Part shown: positions 9,992 through 18,266 of the stretch, piece by piece | Layout: each line of letters starts with the position of its first letter | Numbering within the stretch: the first letter of the stretch is position 1 | Assembly: GCA_963799485.1 (NCBI GenBank) | Contig: CAWCXJ010000001.1 | Coordinates: 212,573-276,572 of the forward strand | Source: an uncultured Trueperaceae bacterium | GTDB lineage: Bacteria > Deinococcota > Deinococci > Deinococcales > Trueperaceae | Length of the DNA stretch: 64,000 nucleotides | Direction: 5' to 3' | The notes under the pieces: generated by a model | Told to the model about the DNA's origin: nothing | The model's input: only the letters and a program-made list of their open reading frames with translations | Databases searched by the model: none | Program-made: the position numbers and the translations under genes

Positions 9992-11200
9992 ATGAAAGCA
10001 GTCGTATTTCACGCTATCGGTGACATCCGTTTAGACGACGTTCCCGAGCCGACCCTTCAAGACCCCAACGACGCTATCGTGCGGCTGACCGCGAGCGCGA
10101 TTTGCGGCACCGACCTGCACATGATTCGCGGGACGTTTACCGGGATGGAAGAGGGACGTATTTTGGGTCACGAGGGTGTCGGTATCGTCGAAGCGGTCGG
10201 CGACGACGTACGAAACCTCGGTGTGGGCGACCGCGTGGTGATTCCTTCGACTGTCGGTTGCGGGTACTGTTCGTACTGCCGCGCCGGGTACTACGCGCAG
10301 TGCGACAATGCCAACCCGAACGGTAAACGCGCCGGGACGACCTTTTTCGGCGGGCCGGAAGCGGCGGGCGGGCTCGACGGGATGCAAGCGGAAAAGGTGC
10401 GCGTCCCCTTTGCCAACGTCGGTTTGGTCAAGTTGCCGGACAACGTCACCGACGACCAGGCGATTATGATTTCAGACATCTTTCCGACCGGGTATTTTGG
10501 CGCTGACTTGGCTGAAATCGAAGCCGGGGACACAGTGGCAGTCTTTGGCTGTGGCCCGGTCGGGCAGTTTGCCATCCTGAGCGCCAAGCTTATGGGCGCG
10601 GGCCGGGTAATCGCCGTCGACCGGCATCCCAGCAGGTTGGCAGCCGCCAAAGCGCAAGGGGCCGAGGTTGTGAACTTCGACGAGGAAGACCCGGTAGAAA
10701 CGATTGTGCGGCTTACCGGTGGTATCGGCGTCGATAGGGTTATCGACGCGGTCGGGGTGGACGCGCAGCACGCCGACCACGGCCCCGCCGCCCCGGAAGC
10801 GCAGGCGGAAAAGCAGTTCGACGCCCAGGTCGAGCAGCTTGCTCCGAAACAAAATCCCGACGGTGACAACTGGATTCCCGGTGACGCGCCTTCACAAGCG
10901 CTCGAGTGGGCGGTAGCGTCCGTTGCCAAGGCCGGAACGGTGTCGATTATCGGGGTTTACCCGCCGACGATGCAAACGTTTCCCATCGGACAGGCGATGA
11001 ACAAAAACTTGACGCTCAAGATGGGCAACTGCAACCACCGCAAGTACATCCCCAAGCTCATCGATCTGGTCGCTTCGGGGGTTGTCGATCCGGCCAAGGT
11101 GTTGACCGAAACCGAAAAGGTGCAAGACGCTATCTCGGCGTATAAAGCGTTCGACGAGCGGCAACCGGGTTGGCTCAAGGTCGAACTCGAGCCCGCGTAG
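9992..11200 (+). CDS. Zinc-dependent alcohol/formaldehyde dehydrogenase-like protein (MDR family)
   Basis: CGTDLH, GHEGVG, CGYCSYC..C structural Zn site, GCGPVG Rossmann motif; AGGGAG RBS. Confidence 0.9.
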   Translation: MKAVVFHAIGDIRLDDVPEPTLQDPNDAIVRLTASAICGTDLHMIRGTFTGMEEGRILGHEGVGIVEAVGDDVRNLGVGDRVVIPSTVGCGYCSYCRAGYYAQCDNANPNGKRAGTTFFGGPEAAGGLDGMQAEKVRVPFANVGLVKLPDNVTDDQAIMISDIFPTGYFGADLAEIEAGDTVAVFGCGPVGQFAILSAKLMGAGRVIAVDRHPSRLAAAKAQGAEVVNFDEEDPVETIVRLTGGIGVDRVIDAVGVDAQHADHGPAAPEAQAEKQFDAQVEQLAPKQNPDGDNWIPGDAPSQALEWAVASVAKAGTVSIIGVYPPTMQTFPIGQAMNKNLTLKMGNCNHRKYIPKLIDLVASGVVDPAKVLTETEKVQDAISAYKAFDERQPGWLKVELEPA

Positions 11201-11510
11201 CCTGCTCGGCAACGCGCACAGCTAAAACCCAAGCGCGTATCAACCTGCAGCGATTTGACCCTTAGGGTCTGCCGGGCCAAGTGTGCTGTGCTTAATACCC
11301 GCGCTCACTATACGCAGCTATGTGAAGCCTAAAACTTTAGGGTGATAAAAGCCGATTGTCAACAGCTATACCGCACTAAAGGAGCACTGTGAACACCGTA
11401 AAAACCGCTGCACGCTTGGATTTGGCCGGGCTTGGCAAAAGTGCTCCGGCAGAAGTTGAATGTGCGAAGAGGCGTCGGGCACTTACCGCGATCGGCGCGC
11501 GGCTGCTATA

Positions 11511-11840
11511 TCAGGACGCGACAGGCGCTAAAAACTGCCGTCCCCAACGGTCTACGGCGCTGATAACGCCCTCGAGCGCCAACCCCGCTTCGGTCAGGGT
11601 GTAGCGGGTACGCGGCGGTATCGTCGACTCGACGCGCTTCTCGACGATGCCGGCCGCCTCGAGCCGCTCGAGGCGCTGCGTCAGGGTCGTCGGGTTGCAA
11701 CCGCCGATATCCCGGCCCAACGCGTTAAAGCCTTTCGGCCCGGCGAGCAGCGAACGCACGATATGCAGTGTCCACTTCTCCTGCAACAGGTTAATCGACT
11801 CGTAAATCGGACAAAAATCGTGGTTCACGCCTACCTCCAC
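11511..11840 (-). CDS. HxlR/DUF24 winged-helix regulator (YodB/HypR-like, with an N-terminal Cys)
   Basis: CPIYESINLLQEKW, LTQRLERLE and PPRTRYTLTEAG motifs; divergent from wrbA. Confidence 0.88.
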   Translation of the reverse strand: MEVGVNHDFCPIYESINLLQEKWTLHIVRSLLAGPKGFNALGRDIGGCNPTTLTQRLERLEAAGIVEKRVESTIPPRTRYTLTEAGLALEGVISAVDRWGRQFLAPVAS

Positions 11841-11919
11841 CTCTCAGACAGTTTTCGTAGTACTTGTTTCGTAGCCCCTGTTTCGTGATAGCCGAGCGTA
11901 ACTCTGTAATACAGATCAC

Positions 11920-11948
11920 TTGACAAAATATAGCATTGCCCATACGCT
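11920..11948 (+). promoter_or_regulatory. Sigma70-like promoter of wrbA
   Basis: TTGACA-17 bp-TACGCT. Confidence 0.55.
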
Positions 11949-12015
11949 TGAACACGTTGTCAGGTGACGCAAGTTAGTTACGAGATGTGTCCAAACGTAA
12001 AACCAAGGAGACCTC

Positions 12016-12651
12016 ATGCCTACGAATATCCTAATCCCTTTTTACAGCGCCTACGGTCATCTTCATAAAATGGCGCACGCCGTCGCGGAAGGTGCGGCGA
12101 GTGTTCCCGATACTGAGGTCAAGGTCAGGCGCATCCCTGAACTCGAGTCCGCGCGGCAGGCGATGTCCAGCCAAGACGCCTACGTTCAGGCGCAAAAAGA
12201 GATCGCCGAACACGGCGAAGTGACGCACGACGACCTCCGCTGGGCCGACGGCATCATCTGGGGCACGCCGACGCGTTACGGCAACATGACCGCGCAGATG
12301 AAGCAGTTTATCGATACGACCGGCAGCCTCTGGGCCAACGGTGAGCTGACGGACAAGGCGACGGGTATCTTCGTCGGCTCGGCGACGACCGGCGGCGGTC
12401 AGGAAACGACGGTGCTGACCAGCATGATTCCGATGCTGCACCAGGGGATGATTTTGGTCGGCTCGCCCTACAGCCAGAACGAAGAGCTGTTTACAACCGA
12501 GGGGCGTGGCGGCTCGCCCTACGGCCCCGGTACACTCGCAGGCGGGGACGGCTCGCGGCAACCCGCCGAAAACGAACTCAGCATGGCGCGCAAGCTCGGC
12601 GTCCGCGTCGCCAAAGTCGCGGCGGGCGTTAAAGGAATGCGCGCGTCCTAA
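12016..12651 (+). CDS. wrbA: NAD(P)H:quinone oxidoreductase WrbA
   Basis: FYSAYGH, GTPTRYGNM, GGGQETT and GGSPYG flavodoxin motifs. Confidence 0.92.
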   Translation: MPTNILIPFYSAYGHLHKMAHAVAEGAASVPDTEVKVRRIPELESARQAMSSQDAYVQAQKEIAEHGEVTHDDLRWADGIIWGTPTRYGNMTAQMKQFIDTTGSLWANGELTDKATGIFVGSATTGGGQETTVLTSMIPMLHQGMILVGSPYSQNEELFTTEGRGGSPYGPGTLAGGDGSRQPAENELSMARKLGVRVAKVAAGVKGMRAS

Positions 12652-12860
12652 AACGCCCGGTAACGCTGAACCAGGCGCGGCGCAACTCACCGCGCTTTAT
12701 CTTTGCCCGCAGGCACCGTAAACTAGGACGTTGAGCTGTAGTGCTGGCGCGGTGTCGGCAAAGCCGCGCCGTCACAGCCATAGTCGCAGTCAAAGTTGTA
12801 GTCAAAACCGTAGTTTTGGAGCCCCCGTGCTCCGTTATCTTTAGCTTTAAGGGAGCTGCT

Positions 12861-13259
12861 GTGGTTCAAACCAAACGTGTCCGTGCACCTGAAATTCCTT
12901 TCACCCGCTTTTTGATCTTGCTTTTTACGCTTTTGGTCGCAGCAGCATTTTACTACGCGTTCGGCGGGCCGGTTCCCTACACTATCTATTTCGATGGACC
13001 TACCGGTGCAGCTTTCGAAGGGCAGTACGCAGCCGTTGCCGATACGACCCGGGAGCTACCGGAAAACGCCGCAACGTTTCGCGCGACCTACCCGAACACC
13101 GTAACGCTCTGGGAACCACGCTGGCGTGGCGTCGTGGCAACCTCGAGTAACGGCGGTGCCAACGCGCTGTATACGATCTCGGTGCGCCGCGCCTGGGTGA
13201 TCTGCAGCAAGGCGTACCGCTGGGGTACCGATCTAACTGTGGTTTGCGACCCCAAATAA
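12861..13259 (+). CDS. Hypothetical single-pass membrane protein
   Basis: AAGGGAG RBS before GTG; one TM helix followed by a beta-rich domain with two Cys. Confidence 0.55.
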   Translation: MVQTKRVRAPEIPFTRFLILLFTLLVAAAFYYAFGGPVPYTIYFDGPTGAAFEGQYAAVADTTRELPENAATFRATYPNTVTLWEPRWRGVVATSSNGGANALYTISVRRAWVICSKAYRWGTDLTVVCDPK

Positions 13260-13271
13260 CTATAGGTTACG

Positions 13272-14468
13272 TCAGGTTACGCGGCCCGCATGGGCCACGG
13301 TTTTGTAGTCGCCTACAGCCAAAAGCTCACGCAGTACCCGCACGGTTTCGTCGAGCTCGGCCTCGGTGTTGTAGAGCGCGACAGGGGCGAGCCGCAGCAG
13401 GTTGGGCGCGCGGTAATCGGGAGTGATGCGGCGTTCCCGCAGGGCGAGGCTCAAGTTTTGCGCGTGCGGGTGTTCCAAAACGATATGCCCCCCTCGTTTC
13501 GACGGGTCTCTCGGCGTTCGCAGCGTAAATTCGGGCAGTTGCGCGTCAACGAGACCGACGAGATAGTCGGTCAGTTCTAGAGACCGCGCCCGCACCGCCT
13601 CGATACTTACCTCTTCAAATACGCCTAAAGCACCCTCGAGCCCTGCGAGCGCAATTACACTCGGCGTCCCGATCTGATACGCGCCTGCGCCACATGCCTT
13701 GCGAAACCCCGGTGACATTTCAAACTGCGTGGCTTTATCGTGCCCCCACCACCCCGGCAGCCCCGGCGTGCGGTCAAAGTGCCGTTCGTGAACGAACAAC
13801 CCACCCGGCGCGCCCGGCCCGGCGTTTAGATACTTGTACGAACACCACACCGCGAAATCTACCTGTGCGTCGTGAAACGTATGCGGCAACGCCCCGATAG
13901 AATGCGCCGCGTCCCAACCGATAAGTGTGCCCGCTGCGTGCGCCTGCGCCGTAATGCTCTTAACGCCTAAAAGTTGCCCGCTTCGGTAGAGCACCGTCGG
14001 CAGAACGGCGAGCGCGATGTCCGGCGTCAAGGCGTCCCGAACGTCGTCGTCGTGGAGCGTGTGCCCGTCTCTCGAGGGGATGAGTTTGAGCTCGCCGCCC
14101 TGCCGCTCGGCCCACGCCGAGAGCGCGTAGAGGTCGCTGGGAAAGTCGAGGCTGGTCGCCAGCAGGTTGCGGCGTTCGCCTTCAGGCGCATAAAACGTCG
14201 CGAGAAGCGCGTGCAGATTGCTCGTAATGCTGCCCGTGGCGATGACCTCTGCGGGTTTGGCCCCGACGAGCCGGGCGAGCGCCGGGGCGAGGCGCTCAGC
14301 GAGTTCAAACCATTCGTCCCAACCGTTGACCGCCAGATGTTGCCACTGCTTGAGGCGGCGCTCAGTCGCGGCCTGCGCCCCGTAAGAGAGCGGCCCGAGC
14401 GAGTTGCCGTCGAGATAGATGCCGCGCGGCAGTAAAAAGGCGTCCCGTAAAAACACGTCTCGTTTCAC
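13272..14468 (-). CDS. kynU: Kynureninase
   Basis: IYLDGNSLG, DFPSDLY, WDAAHSIGA, WCSYKYLNAGPG (PLP Lys) and GWWGH motifs. Confidence 0.95.
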   Translation of the reverse strand: MKRDVFLRDAFLLPRGIYLDGNSLGPLSYGAQAATERRLKQWQHLAVNGWDEWFELAERLAPALARLVGAKPAEVIATGSITSNLHALLATFYAPEGERRNLLATSLDFPSDLYALSAWAERQGGELKLIPSRDGHTLHDDDVRDALTPDIALAVLPTVLYRSGQLLGVKSITAQAHAAGTLIGWDAAHSIGALPHTFHDAQVDFAVWCSYKYLNAGPGAPGGLFVHERHFDRTPGLPGWWGHDKATQFEMSPGFRKACGAGAYQIGTPSVIALAGLEGALGVFEEVSIEAVRARSLELTDYLVGLVDAQLPEFTLRTPRDPSKRGGHIVLEHPHAQNLSLALRERRITPDYRAPNLLRLAPVALYNTEAELDETVRVLRELLAVGDYKTVAHAGRVT

Positions 14469-15064
14469 CGGAGAATCGCCCTTACGGGAGAGGCGTCGGC
14501 GTCGGGGAGGTTGAGCGGCAAGCAGATGAGTTCATACGTGCCCTCCGGAACATTGTGTAAGTTGAGACCCTCGAGGATCAGCACGCCCCGTTCCAGACAA
14601 GCCATGTGTGCGGGTAGGTCTTTACTTGTCAGGGCGTCGACGCTCGGCGCGTCGGTTCCGACAAGCTTTACACCCCGGTCGGCGAGGGCGTGGATGAGGT
14701 CGGGTGTAAGCGGGGTAAAGGCTTCGGGAAAAACGTCCCAGTGGGCGCGCTCGCCGGTATACAAAAGCACGCGTTCGGGCAGGCTCGAGAACGGGCCGAT
14801 AAGCTCTTTTGAAACGCCGCGACGCGCGCCTATGACCTGCGCGGGGCCGATCAGGGTTTCTAGCGCGACGCTCCCCAACTTTCCTCCGTCCCGGCTGTAG
14901 TGGAACGGCGCGTCGAGGTGGGTACCGCAGTGCGTCGAGGTCGTTATCTTCATGACGTTTACCGCAGAACCCTCTTGTATGTCGGCAGTTAGCTTTACGG
15001 TCAGGGGGGTATCACCGGGCCAGTTGGGATGTCCTGGGGTAAGGGCTCGAGTAATATCAAACAT
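14465..15064 (-). CDS. kynB: Kynurenine formamidase (cyclase family)
   Basis: HCGTHLDAPFH, GTDAPSVD, ILEGL and DASPVRA motifs; overlaps kynU. Confidence 0.88.
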   Translation of the reverse strand: MFDITRALTPGHPNWPGDTPLTVKLTADIQEGSAVNVMKITTSTHCGTHLDAPFHYSRDGGKLGSVALETLIGPAQVIGARRGVSKELIGPFSSLPERVLLYTGERAHWDVFPEAFTPLTPDLIHALADRGVKLVGTDAPSVDALTSKDLPAHMACLERGVLILEGLNLHNVPEGTYELICLPLNLPDADASPVRAILR

Positions 15065-15199
15065 GGACTACTTTACCTGACGCTACAGGTCATTAGGTAC
15101 CGGCGCAGAAACAAGCTAAAGTGTCGAGATCAGTACCCTGGACAGCTTTAAGGACTAGAGTCGTTCCCCAATAGTCTGCGAAGCTGCCAGACTGAGAAG

Positions 15200-15406
15200 A
15201 TGCTGGCGAAGATACGAGATGAACGGCTCAGCGCGCTGACAGGACTTACACAGGAGAAGTTCACTGCGCTAACGGAGGGGTTTGCTGAGACGTACGAAAC
15301 CGAGAAGGCGCAAGTGCACGAGCCGGGAGGCAAACAGCGAAGACCAGGCGCAGGACGGAAAGGGAAGCTGCCGAGTGCTGAGGCGAAGCTACTATTTTTG
15401 CTTTAC
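15200..15406 (+). pseudogene. N-terminal HTH fragment of an IS5/ISL2-like DDE transposase, truncated by IS200
   Basis: LSALTGLTQEKF...RRPGAGRKGKL...KLLFLLYY pattern; ends at the IS200 left end and does not resume afterwards. Confidence 0.7.
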
Positions 15407-15974
15407 TATTCCAAGCGTAAGGTTCAAGCCACCGCCTTTAGGCGGTCAGATTTCATCTGCCAGCCTTAGGGGATGGAGTATCGCTGTGGGAGTCACACGG
15501 TTTTCAACATCGAGTACCATTTTGTCTGGGTGACGAAGTACCGCTACAAGGTACTCAAGGGTGACGCTGCCGAGCGAGTGCGAGAACTGGTACGGCAAAC
15601 CTGCGAGGCGTTCGAGATACGGATACTGAGTGGGGTAGTCAGTAGCGAGCATGTACACATCTTGGTAAGCGCTCCGCCGACGCTGGCCCCAAGCGAGATC
15701 ATGCGGCGAATCGAGGGACGAAGTGCGAGCAAGCTGTTCGAGGAGTTTCCAAAGCTGAAAGGGCGATATTGGGGCAGACACTTCCGGGCGAGGGGATACT
15801 TTTATGCGACCGTCGGGCAGGTAACGGAGGAGATGATCAAGAGCTACTTGGAACACCACTTGGAACCGACTCGGGACGACAACTTCAAGACGGAGGACTA
15901 ACGGGTCTACGACCCGTATCCCGACTTTCAGGCGTCGTCTCAAACCCTCCGACTTTAGTCGGTGTGTTGTTTAG
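15407..15974 (+). mobile_element. IS200/IS605-family element, tnpA only (copy 1)
   Basis: 568 bp, near-identical to 61545-62112; both copies follow CTTTAC; subterminal hairpins ACCGCCTTTAGGCGGT and CCGACTTTAGTCGG; no TIR or TSD. Confidence 0.9.
15473..15901 (+). CDS. tnpA: Y1 HUH transposase TnpA
   Basis: YHFVWVTKYR, HVHIL (HUH), catalytic Tyr in IKSYL. Confidence 0.95.
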   Translation: MEYRCGSHTVFNIEYHFVWVTKYRYKVLKGDAAERVRELVRQTCEAFEIRILSGVVSSEHVHILVSAPPTLAPSEIMRRIEGRSASKLFEEFPKLKGRYWGRHFRARGYFYATVGQVTEEMIKSYLEHHLEPTRDDNFKTED

Positions 15975-16053
15975 CGACATTGCCGGACTGCAAGCTGCTC
16001 CCGGCGTAAAAAAATCGCTTTGGGTGGTCTGATTCGGGGCTTTTTAGAAGACG

Positions 16054-16740
16054 TCAGCTGCTCAAAAAGTCTCGGTGGTCAAACCCCAACAGCTCAGCTA
16101 GACGCGTAACCGTTACGTCGGCTGCCGGATACGGCTCGGTCTCTTCGAGGTCGAAAGCGTAATGACCCTGACGTACAAAAACGGTCGTAAGGCGTTCGCC
16201 CCATACATTTTTTACGGCGCTTAACAGCCGGAGTTTGTCGTCGACCATGACGTAATGTGTAGCAGGATAGAGGCGTTCGACCTCGGCAAGTTCTTTTTCT
16301 TTGTGGATATAAATCAGTACCTCGCCGTTTACGGCGTCGTAAAGCCCCGAACGCCTGATTTTATGCGGTTGAAAGACTACATCACCATCCGACAAGATGA
16401 CCGCTCGGCCCAATGCTTGCAAGTGCGTGACGACCTCGAGCGCCCCCGGATAGAGCCGTTCACGAAACGGGTAATCGATTAAAAACTCGGAGACGCTCAT
16501 GAGGCACTGAGTATGCGAATGCTCGAGCCGGTAGCGTTGCAGCGTCTCCAAATAGTCGGCGTAGCCGAGTTCTCGGCGCAGGTCTGCAAACAGCTCGAAG
16601 TAGCGCTCGCGGGCGGCGGGGCCGAGTTCAGCCTCCAAGTTGGCCCGGAGGTCGGCGGTTACCCGGTCGTTCTCGAGCAGTGTATTATCTACATCGAGCA
16701 AAAAGACGGTGCTTTCGGGTCGGGTGTTTATAGCAGTCAT
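16054..16740 (-). CDS. HAD-family hydrolase
   Basis: DVDNTL motif I, LSDGD and MVDDK motifs. Confidence 0.88.
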   Translation of the reverse strand: MTAINTRPESTVFLLDVDNTLLENDRVTADLRANLEAELGPAARERYFELFADLRRELGYADYLETLQRYRLEHSHTQCLMSVSEFLIDYPFRERLYPGALEVVTHLQALGRAVILSDGDVVFQPHKIRRSGLYDAVNGEVLIYIHKEKELAEVERLYPATHYVMVDDKLRLLSAVKNVWGERLTTVFVRQGHYAFDLEETEPYPAADVTVTRLAELLGFDHRDFLSS

Positions 16741-16809
16741 CCTAAACGCAGTTTAAGGTATTTCGGTGCAGCCTCGCTCGTAGCTGCGCCGTAAAACAAC
16801 CAGAGGCCA

Positions 16810-16860
16810 ACGAACCACAGACTGACGAACCACAGACCAACGAACCACAGACCGACGAAC
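16810..16860 (+). repeat. 15-bp tandem repeat, ~3.4 copies
   Basis: ACGAACCACAGACTG / ACGAACCACAGACCA / ACGAACCACAGACCG / ACGAAC. Confidence 0.85.
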
Positions 16861-16939
16861 AAAGCGAGCACTACAAGCTTCAAACCCACGTCTGGAATCT
16901 TACCTTTTGCCTGCTGACAGACCCGTTTCCAGGCAAGTT

Positions 16940-16981
16940 CCGTTCACACCCCGTTCACATTCTCTCCCCCCGTCCTTCACA
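16940..16981 (+). promoter_or_regulatory. Putative OmpR-family response-regulator binding site
   Basis: TTCACA at 16943, 16954 and 16976 (11-bp phasing), upstream of the SHOCT gene next to a two-component system. Confidence 0.6.
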
Positions 16982-17045
16982 GGGGCCGCCCTAAGCTTTA
17001 TCTAGCACTGAACAGGGTCAACCTGACAGGCAGAAGGGGAGAAAA

Positions 17046-17534
17046 ATGGAACACATGGGTATGGGTTTCGGACTCGGGTTTTTGAACCTGATCGGTACGG
17101 TTCTCTTTTGGGTCGTGCTCATCTGGACGATTCGGTTTTTCGTCCGGGGTGGGTTTAGAGGGGGGCGTTTTGACCGGAGCCGTTTTGACAGGTGGCGGGG
17201 CGATATGAAGCGCTCTGATTGCGGACGCAGGGGGGGCCGGGGAACCTCAGACGAAGCCGACAAGCTGATCCGCGAACGGCTCGCCAAAGGTGAAATTGGT
17301 GAAGACGAGTATACGCGGCTCAAGGCGAAGCTCGGCGACGCTAACAGTTCCGGGGAGAACGGTTCCTCGCGCACCGCAGAAGATGGCCCACGCAGAAATG
17401 GCGGTCGTCCCGAAGGTGGCCCGCTGAGCTGGCTAAGGGGTGACAACGCCCTCGAGACCGCCCGTCTCCGCCTCGCTAAAGGTGAGATCACCCCGGATGA
17501 GTTCGAGACGATTCGCCGGGTGCTGACCAGCTAA
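17046..17534 (+). CDS. Membrane protein with two SHOCT domains
   Basis: N-terminal TM; IRERLAKGEIGEDEY and ARLRLAKGEITPDEF repeats. Confidence 0.85.
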   Translation: MEHMGMGFGLGFLNLIGTVLFWVVLIWTIRFFVRGGFRGGRFDRSRFDRWRGDMKRSDCGRRGGRGTSDEADKLIRERLAKGEIGEDEYTRLKAKLGDANSSGENGSSRTAEDGPRRNGGRPEGGPLSWLRGDNALETARLRLAKGEITPDEFETIRRVLTS

Positions 17535-17547
17535 AATGGTCTCGTAC

Positions 17548-17578
17548 AAAAAAGAGGCAGCTAGACTGCCTCTTTTTT
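17548..17578. terminator. Bidirectional intrinsic terminator
   Basis: AAAAAAGAGGCAG-ctaga-CTGCCTCTTTTTT. Confidence 0.8.
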
Positions 17579-17603
17579 GTATCGTAAGGGCAAGTTGGAG
17601 GGT

Positions 17604-18266
17604 ATGAAAACAATTCTGATTGTCGAAGACGAAACGCGGCTCGCCGAGATTTTAGGCGAGTACCTAAAGCGTGAAGGGTTTCGTACCGAACGGGCCAAAG
17701 ACGGGCAGCGGGCGTTGGAGCTGTGGCGGGCCGCGCGCCCCGACCTGATTTTGCTCGATCTGATGCTGCCGCTGCTAGACGGGCTCGAGGTCGCGCGGCG
17801 TGTCCGGGCCGAATCGGAGGTACCGATTATCATGCTTACTGCCCGTGATGAAGAGGTCGATAAACTCGTCGGCCTGGGCCTCGGCGCAGACGATTACGTC
17901 GTTAAGCCCTACAGCCCGCGCGAGGTCGTCGCCCGCGTCAAGGCTGTTTTACGGCGTGCAAACGGTTTAACGCAAACGGGGCCGGTCACAGTAGGGGCTT
18001 TGGAGGTCGACCTCAGCACCTACCTGACCCGCTGCCACGGGGAAGAGATTACGCTGACGCCGAGCGAAGTACGGCTTTTAGCCCACCTCGCCAAAGAACC
18101 GGGGGTTGTCCGGAGTCGCACCGAACTTTTGGGCGTCACCGGTGACGACGCTTTTGCCGACCTCCGCAGTGTAGACGCGCACGTAAAAAATATCCGGCGT
18201 AAACTCGGTGCTTGTGGAGAGCAGCTCGAGACCGTGCGCGGCGTCGGCTACAGGTTGCGTTCCTAA
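17604..18266 (+). CDS. OmpR/BaeR-family response regulator
   Basis: VEDE, LLDLMLP, GADDYVVKP and wHTH ETVRGVGYR motifs. Confidence 0.95.
   Translation: MKTILIVEDETRLAEILGEYLKREGFRTERAKDGQRALELWRAARPDLILLDLMLPLLDGLEVARRVRAESEVPIIMLTARDEEVDKLVGLGLGADDYVVKPYSPREVVARVKAVLRRANGLTQTGPVTVGALEVDLSTYLTRCHGEEITLTPSEVRLLAHLAKEPGVVRSRTELLGVTGDDAFADLRSVDAHVKNIRRKLGACGEQLETVRGVGYRLRS

Noticed and set aside
11389..11604. 71-aa ORF with an AAGGAG RBS
   Set aside because: It overlaps the HxlR gene antisense and has no recognisable motif; not supportable.
15446..15943. 165-aa antisense ORF in both IS200 copies
   Set aside because: Shadow frame of tnpA; conserved only because the IS copies are near-identical.
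15902..16050. TnpB/IscB RNA-guided nuclease or omega RNA with IS200
   Set aside because: Both copies end ~70 bp after tnpA; no RuvC ORF is present.
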